Assembly (NCBI RefSeq): GCF_963921235.1
Contig: NC_086106.1
Coordinates: forward strand, 21,514,001-21,578,000
Origin: Mobula hypostoma
Taxonomy: Eukaryota
Direction of reading: 5' to 3'
Length of the DNA stretch: 64,000 nt
The position numbers and the translations under genes were made by a program. Below the pieces are notes generated by a model. The model had not been told where the DNA came from, made no database searches, and was given only the letters and a program-made list of their open reading frames with translations. Of the stretch, positions 35,940-49,499 are shown in pieces (within the stretch, counting starts at the first letter, position 1; each line of letters begins with the position of its first letter).

Positions 35940-38900
35940 GCAGCCTTAAGCATCTGGGTGCCCGTTTCAATAGTTAATATGGTGCCCTACCCCCGCTCCC
36001 CCCGAAAAAAAAAGAAAGAAAAAAAAAACAATATTCAAGTTGGTTTCCATCAATAATGGTATAATTTCGGACTTAAACGTTGATGCATTATATGCACTTT
36101 CAGCATAATGGACAGACAGCTCAACATAATCCAAACAATTATCTTAATTAAAAATTCAAACAAAGTTTGTTTGTTTGTTTTTTTTTTGATTTGGAATGAG
36201 CTTCCTCGCCCTTTTCAGCACCTAGTCTGCATTGAATGGCACTATGTGTTCGGTATCAGCTGACAAAAAAACAGCTTAAACAATTTCCCTCTAATTAAAT
36301 TAAAAACAAACGCAATGTCACATTTAACGAAAATTCATACTGTGATTATTCAATGAACTGTGTCTGAAAAGTAACTACTGGAAGTTTACAACAAGCTGCG
36401 TCTCGCCGTTCTTTCAGAACAGCAGACAGTTCACGTAAGGCCTGGAGAGCGAACAGGAGGAGAGTCTCATAGAAAGGTGTCGCAAGCGGGAGTAAGAAAT
36501 TACCATTTGTGGAAAAGCCGCCAAATCGCCTATGCACATTTTGAGTGAAATATGTGGTTTATTTTATTATTGGAATTATAAACTTTAATTTTGCTAAAAA
36601 TCTGTTAAAATCCTAACCACTAGAACATCACCACCCTCCTGTGCTTGAGTACTGAGAATGCTTTAATGAGCTCATCCTTCTCCAGCTCATCTTTTTATTT
36701 CATGCTCAATTGATAACTGAGCAAGAGCTGACTGACGCTGCTGGAACGTAGTTGTTCTCAGATGCATTTTGATGAGTTTTAGCATCGAAAACCTTCTCTC
36801 TCCACTCGCTAAAGTCACAGGCACTGTCAGCATGATTCTTAGAGCAGTAGTGAGGACAGGATGCAGTTCAACCACATTGTTGCTGTAAATGTAGCTCAGA
36901 ATCTGCAGGCCAGTCGTTTCTTTTGCAGACACGGCACTAACAGCAGCCGACACTTCTCACAAAAGGTCCGGAGCTTCCATATCAGCAAGTATCCTCTCCA
37001 TGTTAAGGCAGTTGTCTTTCAGTGTGCGACCTTGGGTGGCTTTTTTTTATTTCCTCTTTTTCATAAATGAAGCCAAACAGACTGTAAAATGACTCCATCA
37101 GTTTGAAGCGCTCACTAATGCCTGTGATGGCAGAGTCCACTAGTGGAAGGGAAACTTCTCTCTTGTACCGTTCTTCAGGTGTCACTGTCCGGGAAGGATC
37201 TGCACTTTAGGACTCGTGGTGGAAATGGCTTTTTGGTTTACTGATTCCAGCAGCAGGAAAGACCGTTCGCATCTCCATCTCTTCAGCTATGTCTCTGGCA
37301 CCTGTTTGGGCAGATAAAAGGCCATTCTCTCTGTATTCCTTGAGAAATTTCAGAACATATTCCACCTCGCGCTGTAGCACATCGAATCCCACATGCGGGC
37401 TCTGGAGCAGCTTGCTGACACGATTCACCTCATGTAAAACGTTGTACCAGATGATAACAGTCAGCAGGAATTTCCACGACATGATCTCCTGTTCTAGGCC
37501 TCTGGCTGCAGATGTGGTTTCATTGTCACCGTTCTGTGGGGCACGTTCAATCAGTGACAGGAGCGCATTGCCAACATCAGGAAGCTCGTAGCGCAGGACT
37601 TACACACTTTCCACGCGGCACTCCCATCCCGTGTTGGATATGGCCTTGAGGGTCATCTGTGACACGTTCTCCTTGAAAATCTCCCATCTCTGTGTCGATG
37701 AGTTGAATAGTGTGTATAGACGTTGCAGCACCCCAAAGAAGCTCACAGACTCCACTGTTGATTTTGCAGCATCGACAATGACTATGTTTAGGCTGCGGCC
37801 AGCGCATGGCATGAACAGAGTTTTCTTTTTGTTTTGTTAATATCTAGCACCCTCTTGTAAAGCCTGTTATTTTTCCCCCGTATATTGCTCCGGTTATCAT
37901 ATGTCTGCCCGCTGCATTTTGAGATATCTAATCGTAAATTCTCCATATGCGTTAAGAAAACGTCGATTAAGCCTGCACCTGCTGTGTCAAGCATTGGTAG
38001 GAAACCGAAAAAAAATGCTCACTAACAGTATCTCCGACATTTACTTGGCATGTGACAGTGCTCAGTGTCACAGAGCACTATGTGTGCAGCGTCAGTGGTG
38101 CAGTCCATTATCACTGACTAGTAACGTGATTGTTTTACTCTCTCTGTTATCGCTTCCACTGTCTTGTCTCCAATAAGTGTGATTAACTCATTTTGTATGG
38201 TTTTCTCCAAGTAGTCGTCAGCAATTTTTTTTTTCTCTGCTCGTCTGACATGTTAGCTCATCACTGGGTCGAACTCGGCAAGCAGCTCCACCAGACCTAG
38301 AAAGTTCCCATTATTTGGTTCATGTAAGGTGGAATTGTGGCCACGGAAATTAAGGTTTCGTTCTGCAAGGTGACATACAATGGCAATGAACCTCTTCATG
38401 ACATAATTCAAGTTTTTATTTCAGCATTTGCATTTCTTAGTACGTGCTGTCAATGACACTGTACTTTCTTAAGCGCGTTTCCAGCTCGCGCAAGCAATCC
38501 ATGTTGGCACGGTGCGCATTTGACTTCTCATGATCCTGGAGTGTGAGAGTGAGTCGCTCCCACACTTTGAAACCTCCGCAAGCGAGACTGTGATTTCGCT
38601 TGCCATATGGAGTACAGCAGAAACAGAAGATTGAATCAGATGATTCTGAGTACACAAACCATTACCTACGAGTGGTTTCTCCATTTTTCACCTTTTTTAA
38701 GATATCTGTCCTTGGTAAAACGACGGCGTGATTGGCTCTATAGAAAGCTTATATCCTCTAACTGAACGGGACATCTCCTAACAATGTCGATCCGTAGGTC
38801 ACTGGAAATATGCGCTGGCCAACGTGCCGGATCGGTCTCTGCGAATGCTAGTGGGGCTTTCTCTCTGTCTGGTGTGCTGGTGGCGCATCTCCATCACCTG

Positions 38901-39445
38901 TCTCAGTTGTAGGACTGTTATCATGCTGTAGTGCTTGTTCATCAAACCAAGTTTGGGCATCGTTATTACCATTTGTTTGAATAGAATTGTTTTTCTCATT
39001 TTAATTGCTCTGTTTATCAACATCTTCTGTGCCGCTTACACTGACACATGGCATTGCAGCCCCATGCTGTGACGACTGTGTAGCAGCAACTGCAGTCAGC
39101 AAGCCCTTTGCAGATGCTGGATCAAAGAAAGGCTTAAATTTTGGGAGACTATTTAAGACGTCTTGTTTTGTGTCTAATATTTTCCGTTTTTCAGCACTAC
39201 TAGGAGAGGAGCGTTTCATTTTCCTCTCATTGATAAGTAGCCTTCTTAGCTAGGAGCAATTTTATAAGTCAAGTTAATTTCTTAATGTATTTTCACAGAC
39301 GTCAGGCAGCGAGCGCCCACTGGTGGTTCGGCTGGCAATAGCAGGAGAATATTTTGTATCTGGGAGCTGTGCATATTTTGCATGTCAGTCGGGGGCCCCT
39401 GGGAGGGTGCGGCCCGTGAAACGGGTGAAACATAGCTAAGGCTGC
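35940..39445 (-). mobile_element. hAT-superfamily DNA transposon with decayed ZMYM1-like transposase
   Basis: TTF-type zinc finger YSESSDSIFCFCC, DUF4371-like CSGQTYDN..RGKNN, hAT dimerisation motif TVPVTLASGERRFSMLKLIK; inverted ends GCAGCCTTA (35940-35948) and TAAGGCTGC (39437-39445) with a second shared word CCCGTTTCA; no 8-bp TSD found. Confidence 0.85.
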
Positions 39446-41232
39446 CTATGCATTTCAAGTATCTGCAAGTATCTTGGTATACATCCTCTCTCTGTTCACA
39501 CTACAAGAAGTCCTGTAGCTCTCTATACTACATTTAGCACTGTTGCAGTAAATGGAATGCTATACTGTTTATCTTTGTATTAAAATACACCATGTTTAAG
39601 ACATATTATACCTTGGCTGCATTTCAGAAGGTCTTGTGAGTGATTGCATTCGCGTTGCTGCTTGTAACTGCGCATTTTATACGCAGCGTTGTTCTTGTTC
39701 ATACGACCGATAACTATTAAGCATGCAGATTGCTTTTTTTTTCCTTTGAAGTATATTCACTTGTCTCTGCTCCGTCTCTGATTTAATACAGTTAGATATT
39801 GAATCTGTGAATAGTGTACTCAACACTGCACCTGTATATGTGACATTGGTGTTTTCGTTCTGCGATCACGCTCTACGCTTTGACACGTTTAAAAATGTGT
39901 ATCGTACATGGACTGAGGTATGTTTTCTGCGTGCATCACCACTCTAATCAAACATGCCAGATAGACGTTTACACCCGAGATTGTATCGTTTCTCTGAATA
40001 TATTATGTACTAGTCTATGCACTTGTCGACGTAATTTTTCTACAAAACTGAATGTTTAAAATATTTTCTCCCTTCCTTCAGCACAAATATGCCGTTTCAT
40101 TCCATATATCAAGTATATAAATGATCACGTCAGTCCTTGTCTATCACTAAATACACTGGAACCATCTGGGTTCAAAAGACGAAACATTCTACACATATTT
40201 TCGGCATGTTTTAGCCTTATTGCTACAGTTTAAGCTGTTCTGTACATCACAATATTTATATTACTGAACGTTACGTTTTTATTTAAGTGTGATTCATTTG
40301 CCGATTGAATCCTTAAATTCATAGGTTATCGGTTTGTATCTGGGTTTGTGATTACACCATCGTTCGAATAAACATTGTTTCGTTTCTATTGTACCAGTGT
40401 AAACAAAAGTCGATACGGGTAATTACTTTTCGGATACACTTTATTTGTCACGCAAATAAACGGGGACATCGTATATATTTGAACGGGGGAGAAAAAAAAG
40501 CACCAATAACAGATTAACTTACAGAGCAACAAATGCTATACACAGCAAATGTAATTCTTAATTGTCTGTGTGAATTCTGCCTAATGAAATTAAAGAATCC
40601 CTACACGCGCACTTCCCGACAAACCATAGAACTCACCCTAGCAGACAAAGTTTAAATGAGCAGCGTCCCGCAACACTCGGCCGAAACTCCTCCTGCCTGC
40701 AGTCAAGGGCAGATGCCAGGGAGGAAAAAAAGACTTAAATAGAGAAGGTCTGAATGTGGGAGGCCGGCCTCACCGAGGGCTGTATCACTTCCACTGGAGA
40801 GTCCAGATCCAAATGAGCACGGTGTAGAGGGTCCACAGAAACACGTCCGAGATACCTTCAAAGACTGGCGTAAAAAAATCAAAATCCCCCCCCTTCCAAC
40901 ACGCGCAACGGGCCTTCATAAGGCGGCCACAGTGGACCCCGACGTGCTTTATGTGAGAAAGGCATTCGGCACCCCCAGAGGTTGCCCGACAACGAGCCTC
41001 GCAGAGGAGGACTGAAGATCCGCCTTAGTGGCCGTCCTCAGGCTCACATGATTCCCGGCATTATGTCCACCTAATTACCTTCTCCGGACATGCATTGAGA
41101 GCCGCTGTCATTGAAACTTGGAACGTCTCGTACAAACCATTGGCCTGAGGATTCTAAGCTGTGCTGCATTCCGGTGCATTTTGATCCCCAAACACGGATG
41201 TTTAGGACACTGAAGACACACACTCAACGACT

Positions 41233-41434
41233 NNNNNNNNNNNNNNNNNNNNNNNNNNNNNNNNNNNNNNNNNNNNNNNNNNNNNNNNNNNNNNNNNNNN
41301 NNNNNNNNNNNNNNNNNNNNNNNNNNNNNNNNNNNNNNNNNNNNNNNNNNNNNNNNNNNNNNNNNNNNNNNNNNNNNNNNNNNNNNNNNNNNNNNNNNNN
41401 NNNNNNNNNNNNNNNNNNNNNNNNNNNNNNNNNN
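41233..41434. other. Assembly gap (N run)
   Basis: Continuous Ns. Confidence 1.
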
Positions 41435-44400
41435 TAATTCCCAATTTGATCATTATGTTTTACAATGTACTGCTGCCACATAACAACAATTTTCACGATA
41501 TATGTCAATGATATTAAACCTAATTCTGATTCTGATTCGGAATAAGTCAGATATTGAGAGAGTAAAGTGGACAATAGTGAATTGGAATGAAATCAAGAAA
41601 CTAATTTTCAAACAGAGGCATGGCTTGAGAACAAGTCATTATGGGGCTGGATTGGTATAATTCAACTTTAGATTTCACGTTTGCACTTATTCTGCAGATG
41701 ATCACAGAAATTGAGAAGTCAATTATTACAGTGCGAATGTTTTACAGATGACCACGGATTCGGCTTGATATGGATCTGATTAATAGAGAGAAGGGAACCG
41801 AGGGGAAAGAGTGACAGAGTGAAAAATAGACACGGTGGGGGGGAATTGAGAGAGAGAGGGTGGGGTGAAAGAGAGAGATTGAGAGAGGATCCAGCGTATG
41901 TTCGGTCCCTGGAAAATACGTAACAAGAGAAGCAGCGGATTCCAGCACACATACTGATGTGTGAGTAACTGTCATCTCATTTTGGAAAAAAAAAATGTCA
42001 ATTAGCAACGGAGTAATGAAACTACTTAAAGACAGAAGTCAGATGCACCGGGACATTACATCGATCCGGTACATTTTAAACCAACAGATTGGATGGAAAG
42101 ACGTTACAGAGCCAAAATCATTGGCAGCCCGTTACCTGAGCTCATTCGCAGAATACTGAAAACACCGCAGCTTTTACTGGGAACATTACATTTCGAAATA
42201 ATCATATTTCCGTTATGTGTTTACCCCGTGGAAGGTACAATTTCAACTGCTGAAATATTTTTATCTAACGCATCACTTTACTTAATTCCGGCCAACTCCA
42301 TTACCCACAGGGTTTCTCAACTCCCTGCGATGCTCCTTTGAAATTCTCTACAATGAGGAATAATTTGTTGTCTCGCACTAGGTGACCTACCGACCAATGG
42401 AAGCAAACAGCATTAGTGGCGATAGACACGTGGGCAAAAATAATGAGTGCATGATTTATGAGGGCTTCAAAGTGTGCAGAAAGAAAGGGAGGGATGGGTT
42501 CTGACACAGAAGGAAGTAGGAGGCAAATTGTGAAAACCTGAAAGAGAAGAAGTTTAAATACTTCGTAGAGAAATTTGAATTAAAGTTAAATGTGTCAACC
42601 TTATACCTTAGGGCATTCCCGAACGGAGGACAAATGTACACCACTTTAGCACAGAGCTGATGCAAAACGGGAATTTAAGCAGAATTAGTGGATGTTCTCC
42701 TTGTTAGAGAACAGGTGCTAGCGCTAGGATTGACAATAAGCAAATGGCCATTGTTGTTCAACTGATTAGAAGGGCAGCCACCCGAAAAGCCTAATAAGAT
42801 GCATCCTGCATTCAAAGTAGCTCCAACTACTCCTGGTGTTTCTGTTGGGAGAAGTCCACGAATAAATCAGGAATCTGAAGCGTCTAACATCAGACGGACG
42901 TGGGAGAAAAAAAAAACAAAAAGAAATCTTCAGAACTAAACACATTAGTACTGCACGTATAATATCAAGTAATCGTAATTGAGGCAGACATAACAGCATT
43001 CAAAGGGAAACTGATCAACAGCTTCTCCACAAACTAGTCCTTCAAGTAAGTAAATGGACAACGAATTGTAAATCAACTTATAGTTATTTTTCAATTAATC
43101 TATTCTCTAAAGAAATGGTTCAGCCAAAAAAAACATGAATTATCACAAGAGTTAGAATGAAACCGACCTAAAGATTGTAACAGTGCTATCCAAAAAAAAA
43201 GAATAAGGAGGTGACACCACCCGGTGTCGACAGAAGTTTAATCACTTCAGCGATTAATCTACAATCTGATGGAAATTGAAAAAGCACAGACATAGAGCCT
43301 TCACAGAATACTGATGACGATGCTCAGTTTACCGAAAAAAAACAATATGCTAACGTTTAACCCCACATAGAGAGTATACATGCACACTGACCCAACATGC
43401 CCAAACAAAACAGGCGATCAATATTTGCAAAAAAATAATATTTGCTAATAGTCTCAACAACAGTATATTACGACAATATTTAGGGAAACTAGAAACATAT
43501 GAAAACAAAACTACACAAATAACACTTTGCACGGTATAAATATTAATAACCAAAGAAGTAAAACAACCATAATGAAAATATCCGAGGCGCTTTTCCTTGC
43601 TAATCTCAAAAAACGATTATCGTTTTATCTAGCTATAATCATGCCCTCTAATCCAATGAATTAAACAAAAAAAGGTGTGTCAAATCAGAGATATCTAAAC
43701 GATGTATACTGAATTTTGACCCAACGGCAAAACATCGACGATTTGAAGTTCTACGCTCCGTCATCAGTTTAGCAAAAGCAATTAATTCAAATATTAGCGA
43801 TATTTTTAGAGATATAAACATGAACATTGGACAAATTAAATGCAGAACATTAGAAATAAAGGTGCAATAGAGCGAGTAGAATATAATACAGAAGAGGAGA
43901 TAAATAATAGAACTGATGGATGAATATAACACTGACAAAAGTCTTATCTCGGACATCAGCAAGCAACAGAAATAGATCATGGCACGATAAAGGATAAACT
44001 TTGGACAGAATATATAACGACTTAGAAATATGCCAACTAGAGCTCAGCCAAAATCAATTTACACGTTAGCTACAGCTCTGTTAACGTATTATTTTGGCAC
44101 GATGCTGATTTGGAAATTTACAAACAAAAATAAAAAAAAAAAAGTGAAATATTTCGAAAACACTATGTGGACTCAATGCATTTAGACCAATGCTACCTCG
44201 GGCAGGAGTACAAAGAGCAACAAAACATATTTTGAAAATATACACAATAGTTTGAGCAAAGTTTTAAGGATATATCCTCATTAATGAAAAGCGGGTTCAG
44301 CACTCCATGACAGCATATGCCATTCCGGTGAGAAGTTATCACAACTAAGCTTACTTGAAGCTTCAACTAGGAAGCATGAAGAAATAATACATACATAAGG

Positions 44401-44859
44401 AAAAGCTAACCAATTGGAGAACGAATGTCGAACTGACAGGGTAGTTATTAAGACCATGGACCAAAGTTTGTGGTCTCCACTCCGATACAAACTGGTTCCT
44501 TATTGCAATTTTTGACCAGATGATTAACTCAAAATATATCAAAATACATAATAATAATAAAAAGCTATCCAATTCTAGATGATAAATGCAGATAATTCCA
44601 AGTGAAACCCGAAAGCATCCAACACATTACAGATTCTGATGCAAATTAACTCGATCTTATACTCACACAGGGGCATTCGAGTGGGAGGCATCACTCATCG
44701 CAATCTTGCTTGAAAATACAATCTCATGAAACAGACCACATCTACTCTAGAAGCTTGATCCAGTTTTAGAGTTAGTCTATAAATTACATTCTATCTGATC
44801 TATTGTTATGTTCAGCATTATATGTCGTGTTTTATGACTTAGGATATCATGGTCTCATT

Positions 44860-45120
44860 ATCATGATTCATCTTGGCAAATTTTCTGCGCAAGTGTTTTG
44901 CCATTGCCTCATTCTGAGCAGCGGCTTTGAAATACTGGTGACCACAGCCATAATCAATATTCTACACATATTGTCTGCCTGATGTCAGTGGCCGCATAAC
45001 CAAAACTTGTGATATGCACCAGCTGCACATGCGACCATCGAACACGTGTTTCTATGGCTTCATATGGCCCAGGACGGAGGGCTAAGAAGGTGATATACCT
45101 TACCCCTGTGTAACCTGCAT
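44860..45120. repeat. SINE-like interspersed repeat
   Basis: ggcaaatttt..ttgccattgcctc..gtcagtggccgcataacca..gatatgcaccagctgc pattern; family assignment from recall only. Confidence 0.45.
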
Positions 45121-45589
45121 GTTAATAGGGGGAAAAGACGCTTTGCGAGAGATGTATAGCCCCCTTACGATGTGATAGTCCATAATCACCGTGCAGATAC
45201 GGTATGACAGAATAAGCAAGCGGAAGCAACTTACTTCCCAGGTATAGCCTTTCAAACGTATATCACGTACATAACTCAATAAATTTTAAACAAAAAAAGG
45301 ACGAGAATAGCTTTAAACAGATATGCCAACACTGCAACATTTCTGCAAATCTCCAGATACCCGCTATACTAAAGACCACGAGAATACTCATTAAGTTTAA
45401 AGTAAATGAAATAAATGTTATTCCATCCCTCTACCCGTACGTAAGGTGGGGGGTAACATTATAAATGAACATAGGCAGTGACATAATCGGATCAATCTAT
45501 GGAAAGGATGAGGCTTAGGGATGTGCTGCTGTTTGTGTCATCACTTCAGAGTGATGTAAAGTACACATCAATCTGTATTTTTCACATAT

Positions 45590-46590
45590 ATAGAATTGTG
45601 TATATTTTTGCCTGCAGTATTCCTGTCCGAACTACAGCCTTATGGTGCTCAACTCCCTACCGCACTTTTTTCCAGGACAACTATGAACAACAAATACTTT
45701 GCTGCACATCCCGCATCACAGATGCCGTTCCATTAGGGAAGACAAGATCAACACATCTAAAGTAAAGTAAGCGCGACGTAGCTAAAATACGATTTCGACG
45801 TTGCCACTGGAAGCTAGCAACTTTCCCAGATGGAAGAGGAGTTGTTGTTCCTCAGGCGTCTGCTGGACAGCATTGTAATAGTGCATGATACCAGCATAGA
45901 CTGAAAGTAGAAGTGAAATTTAAATGACAGGTATCGGTAAGCTTGCAGTCACTTCTGCGTTTTTCACTGCAATTACTCTGCATCGCTGTCACTTTAAGTT
46001 ATCTGACAAGGCCAAGTTGACCGTTACGTGAATAGTGATAGCAGTATATTAGGTAAAAAAAAAACAAAAAAACAAGGGCATGTCACTACTTCGCTTGGAA
46101 AATCTACTTCTGCCCTAGATGGTGCAAATAGAGGAGAAAAACCGGTCGCGCTCTTTTATAGAAAGTGATGTAGGTGGGGAATATCATCGCTGGTACAGCT
46201 TCTTTGTAACTTACCAATAATCCTTGATTTCACTCATGACCAAACATCAATTAATCATGCACGTCAATAACGTACAAAGTGAAGGAAGATCCTGCATGGT
46301 ACGCAGATATTGGAAGTCCGTAGATTGAGCTGAAAGCGAACGTTGCTCAGTCCACATCAATTCATGTGCTAAATTTTACGGAAACGCAATAGAAGTATGT
46401 TCATGGCAGTGAATCAAACAGAGGACGCAGCGATGATACCGTAAATGTATAGCGATAAAACAAGCAGGAAATATGTCGGTGCATTTCGGAGACTCACAGA
46501 ACAATGGGCCTTTCCAGTATTCACTAATTTCAAGCACGAGCACTTTGCGGCTAGTGAAATCGTCGATTGCATTCCAATGCTACTGTCAAG
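45590..46590. repeat. Diverged ~1-kb direct duplicate, copy A
   Basis: Collinear with 48375-49420 (gcagtattcc..ccgaactacagcct; ccattagggaagacaagatcaac; ggacagcattgtaata; atcatgcacgt). Confidence 0.85.
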
Positions 46591-47009
46591 TAAAGACAGT
46601 ATTATGTAGTGCCCTTTGAATGAAACCAGTTGTGGATATTACCCTCGAGGCAATGAGTACCTATTGATGTTCCAATGTCTTTCAATTTCCTATATTAATA
46701 TAGCATAATTCTGGTGTTATTTACTTGTTGAATTCTACAGGTTATGTGTAGTTGGAATCACTGTATCTGTTGCTCTCCCTTGTATTTCCTGTACTATTAT
46801 ATCCGATCTGGAAATATGGATTGTCCTATTTGTAACATCATGTAATATAATTTGTGATATTCTGTCTCTAAAACTGGATCAAGCTTGCATTTATTGTATG
46901 GTATGAATTATTTCATGAGTTTTTATTTTAAAACAAATTATTGATGGTTGATTTTTGCCACCAGATTTTACCTCTGTAAGTAATCAGTTACTGTTAAACA
47001 GCTATAGTT

Positions 47010-47810
47010 AGAAACCATAGAAACCATAGAAAAACTACAGCACAGAAACAGGCCTTTTGACCCTTCTTGGCTGTGCCGAACTATTTTCTGCCTAGTCCCA
47101 CTGACCTGCACACGGACCGTATTCCTCCATACATTTCCCATCCATGTATCTGCTCAATTTATTCTTAAATGCTTTTTTTTAAGACCCGTATTTACCACCT
47201 CGTCTGGCAGCTCATTCCATACTCCCACCACCTTCTGTGTGAAGAAGCCCGCCCCACACCTCCCAATGTTCCCTTTAAACTTTTCCACCCTCACCCTTAA
47301 CCCATATCCGCTATTTTTTTCTCCCCTTGCCTCATTGGAAAAAGCCTGCTTGCATTCACTCTATCTATACCGACCATAATTTTATATATTTCTATCAAAT
47401 CTCCCCTCATTCTTCTACGATCCAGGGAATAAAGTATAACCTATTCAATCTTTCTCTGTAACTGAGTTTCTCAAGTCCCGGCAACATCCTTGTATACCTT
47501 CTCAGCACTCTTTCAACCTTATTAATATTCTTCCTGTAATTTGATGACCAAAACTGAACACAATACTCCAGATTCGGCCTCACTAATTCCTTACCAAACC
47601 TCATCATAACATTCCAGCTCTTATACTCAATACTTTGATTAATAAAGGCCAATGGACAAAAGTTCTCTTTACGACCCTATCTACCTGTGACGCCACTTTT
47701 AGGGGATTTTGATTCTGTATCCCAGATCCGTCTGTTCCACTGCATTCCTCAGTGCCTTACCATCTACCTGCTGAATTTTCTGTAATTATCCAATCCAAAC
47801 TCATGTTTAT
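47010..47810 (-). mobile_element. CR1 3' fragment
   Basis: RPNLEYCVQFWSSNYRK; (agaaaccat)n tail at about 47010-47030. Confidence 0.9.
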
Positions 47811-48374
47811 ATCTACAGAAAATGGTGTAACAATTCAATTAATTAATAATATGCTTTATTTTTCCTCTAAGCTGAAGCCAGTAAAATCTTAGGTGTAGCC
47901 GTAGCAATGCATGCTCATTTGTAGATTACGATGAACTATTCTATATATGTTAATGGTTGTTGCGCTCTGAAAATTCACATAAATATTGCCGTGTTGCCCT
48001 AACTATTTAATCTTTACCGTACTGTCTTTCAGATGTTATCAGTTGTAGATATTACTATGGGCACAATGTATAGCTGGTTCATGCGTCTTTTGATTTCCTC
48101 TTTGAATTTCGCATTTTCCTAGTGTGTTTGCATAGTGTTTTTTTGTAAGGTTTTGCCAAATACACAAAAATATTACCTGGTTCAAGTACATTTTACACCG
48201 GCGTATTAGAAGGAAAGACATTAGAGAATAAAAATGCTTTCAATCGCGTTACCTGAGCTCAATGGCAGAACACTGAAATCACCCCCGACATTACTGTGGA
48301 CATTACGTTTGCGAAATACTCATATGTCCGTTATTTGCTTCCCATTTGGAATTCACGTTAGCTTCACAAGTTTG

Positions 48375-49420
48375 GAATTGATTATATTTTTATCTGCAGT
48401 ATTCCATTCCGAACTACAGCCTCGTTCTGCTCAACGCCCCACGTTAGGTTTGGCATACCAACTACTAACAGCAAAAACAATACTGCACACCCCGCACCAC
48501 AGACGCGGTTCCATTAGGGAAGACAAGATCAACAAAAAAGTAAAGAAAAGTGAGTTAGCAAATGATGCAAATTTGTCGTTGCCTCTGGAAGGCAGTAACT
48601 TGCCCAAATGGAAGACGAGTTCCTGTTCGTAAGGTTACTTTTGGACAGCATTGTAATAATGCATAATATCAGCACAGACTAAAAGTAGAAGTAAAATTCA
48701 ATGACAGGTAGCTGTGAGCTTGTAGTCACTTCTGACTTTTGAGTGCAGTAACTCTGAATTCGCTAACACCAATTAGTATTATTTTTTTTATATATTTTCT
48801 GACAAAGCCAAAGCGACCGTGCAGTGGAGAATGATAGTTGTGTGTTGGATTAATAAGAGAGAGATAGAGAGAGAAAAGTTGCAGTTAAAAAAAAACAGCA
48901 ACACTGCATACGATCCATTACTTCACGGGGAAAACCGGCTTGTGCCCAAGCTGATACAAATAGAAGAAGAAAAGCATTTGGTGTTTCATCTTCTGTTGGT
49001 GAATGGAAAATGATGCAGGTGGGGAGCATCATCACTTCTTTGTGTCCTCCGAATAATCTTTGCTTTCGTTAATGACCAAATATCAATTGATCATGCACGT
49101 GAATAAGCCACAAATTGAAGGACGTATGTGCATTGTAAGCCGGAACTAGAGGTCCGAGACTGCCGTAGAAGCGGTAGTTGGCTGAGTTAACATGAATTCA
49201 TGGGCTAAATTTCGAGGACTCACAAAAAAAAGCACGTTTATGGTCGTGACACAACCCAGGGCGCGGACCCTAGAAATATAGCCACAAGACAACTAGGGAA
49301 TATACTGGTATATTTCCCAGAAAAATGGCCTTTTCCAATATCCACTACTTTAATCGGAGCCGTTTGCCGCCAGTCAAATCGCTGATTGCTTTTCAATATC
49401 TCTTTCAAGCAAATACAGTG
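48375..49420. repeat. Diverged ~1-kb direct duplicate, copy B
   Basis: Collinear with 45590-46590. Confidence 0.85.
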
Positions 49421-49499
49421 CTAAATACTGGTAGCAACATAAGCTGTTGAATCCATGGCAAGCAACTGTTAACTGTGTCTACATTCTCACTAGACCTCA

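Noticed and set aside
41111-41574. ORFs listed across 41.1-41.6 kb
   Set aside because: Artefacts of translating through the N gap
45780-46030. Scattered V-gene-like words (EVT.S, WYH, QLLF, YYNAV) on the minus strand of the 1-kb duplicate
   Set aside because: Different frames, wrong spacing, no canonical Cys pair or RSS; not supportable as a V pseudogene by eye
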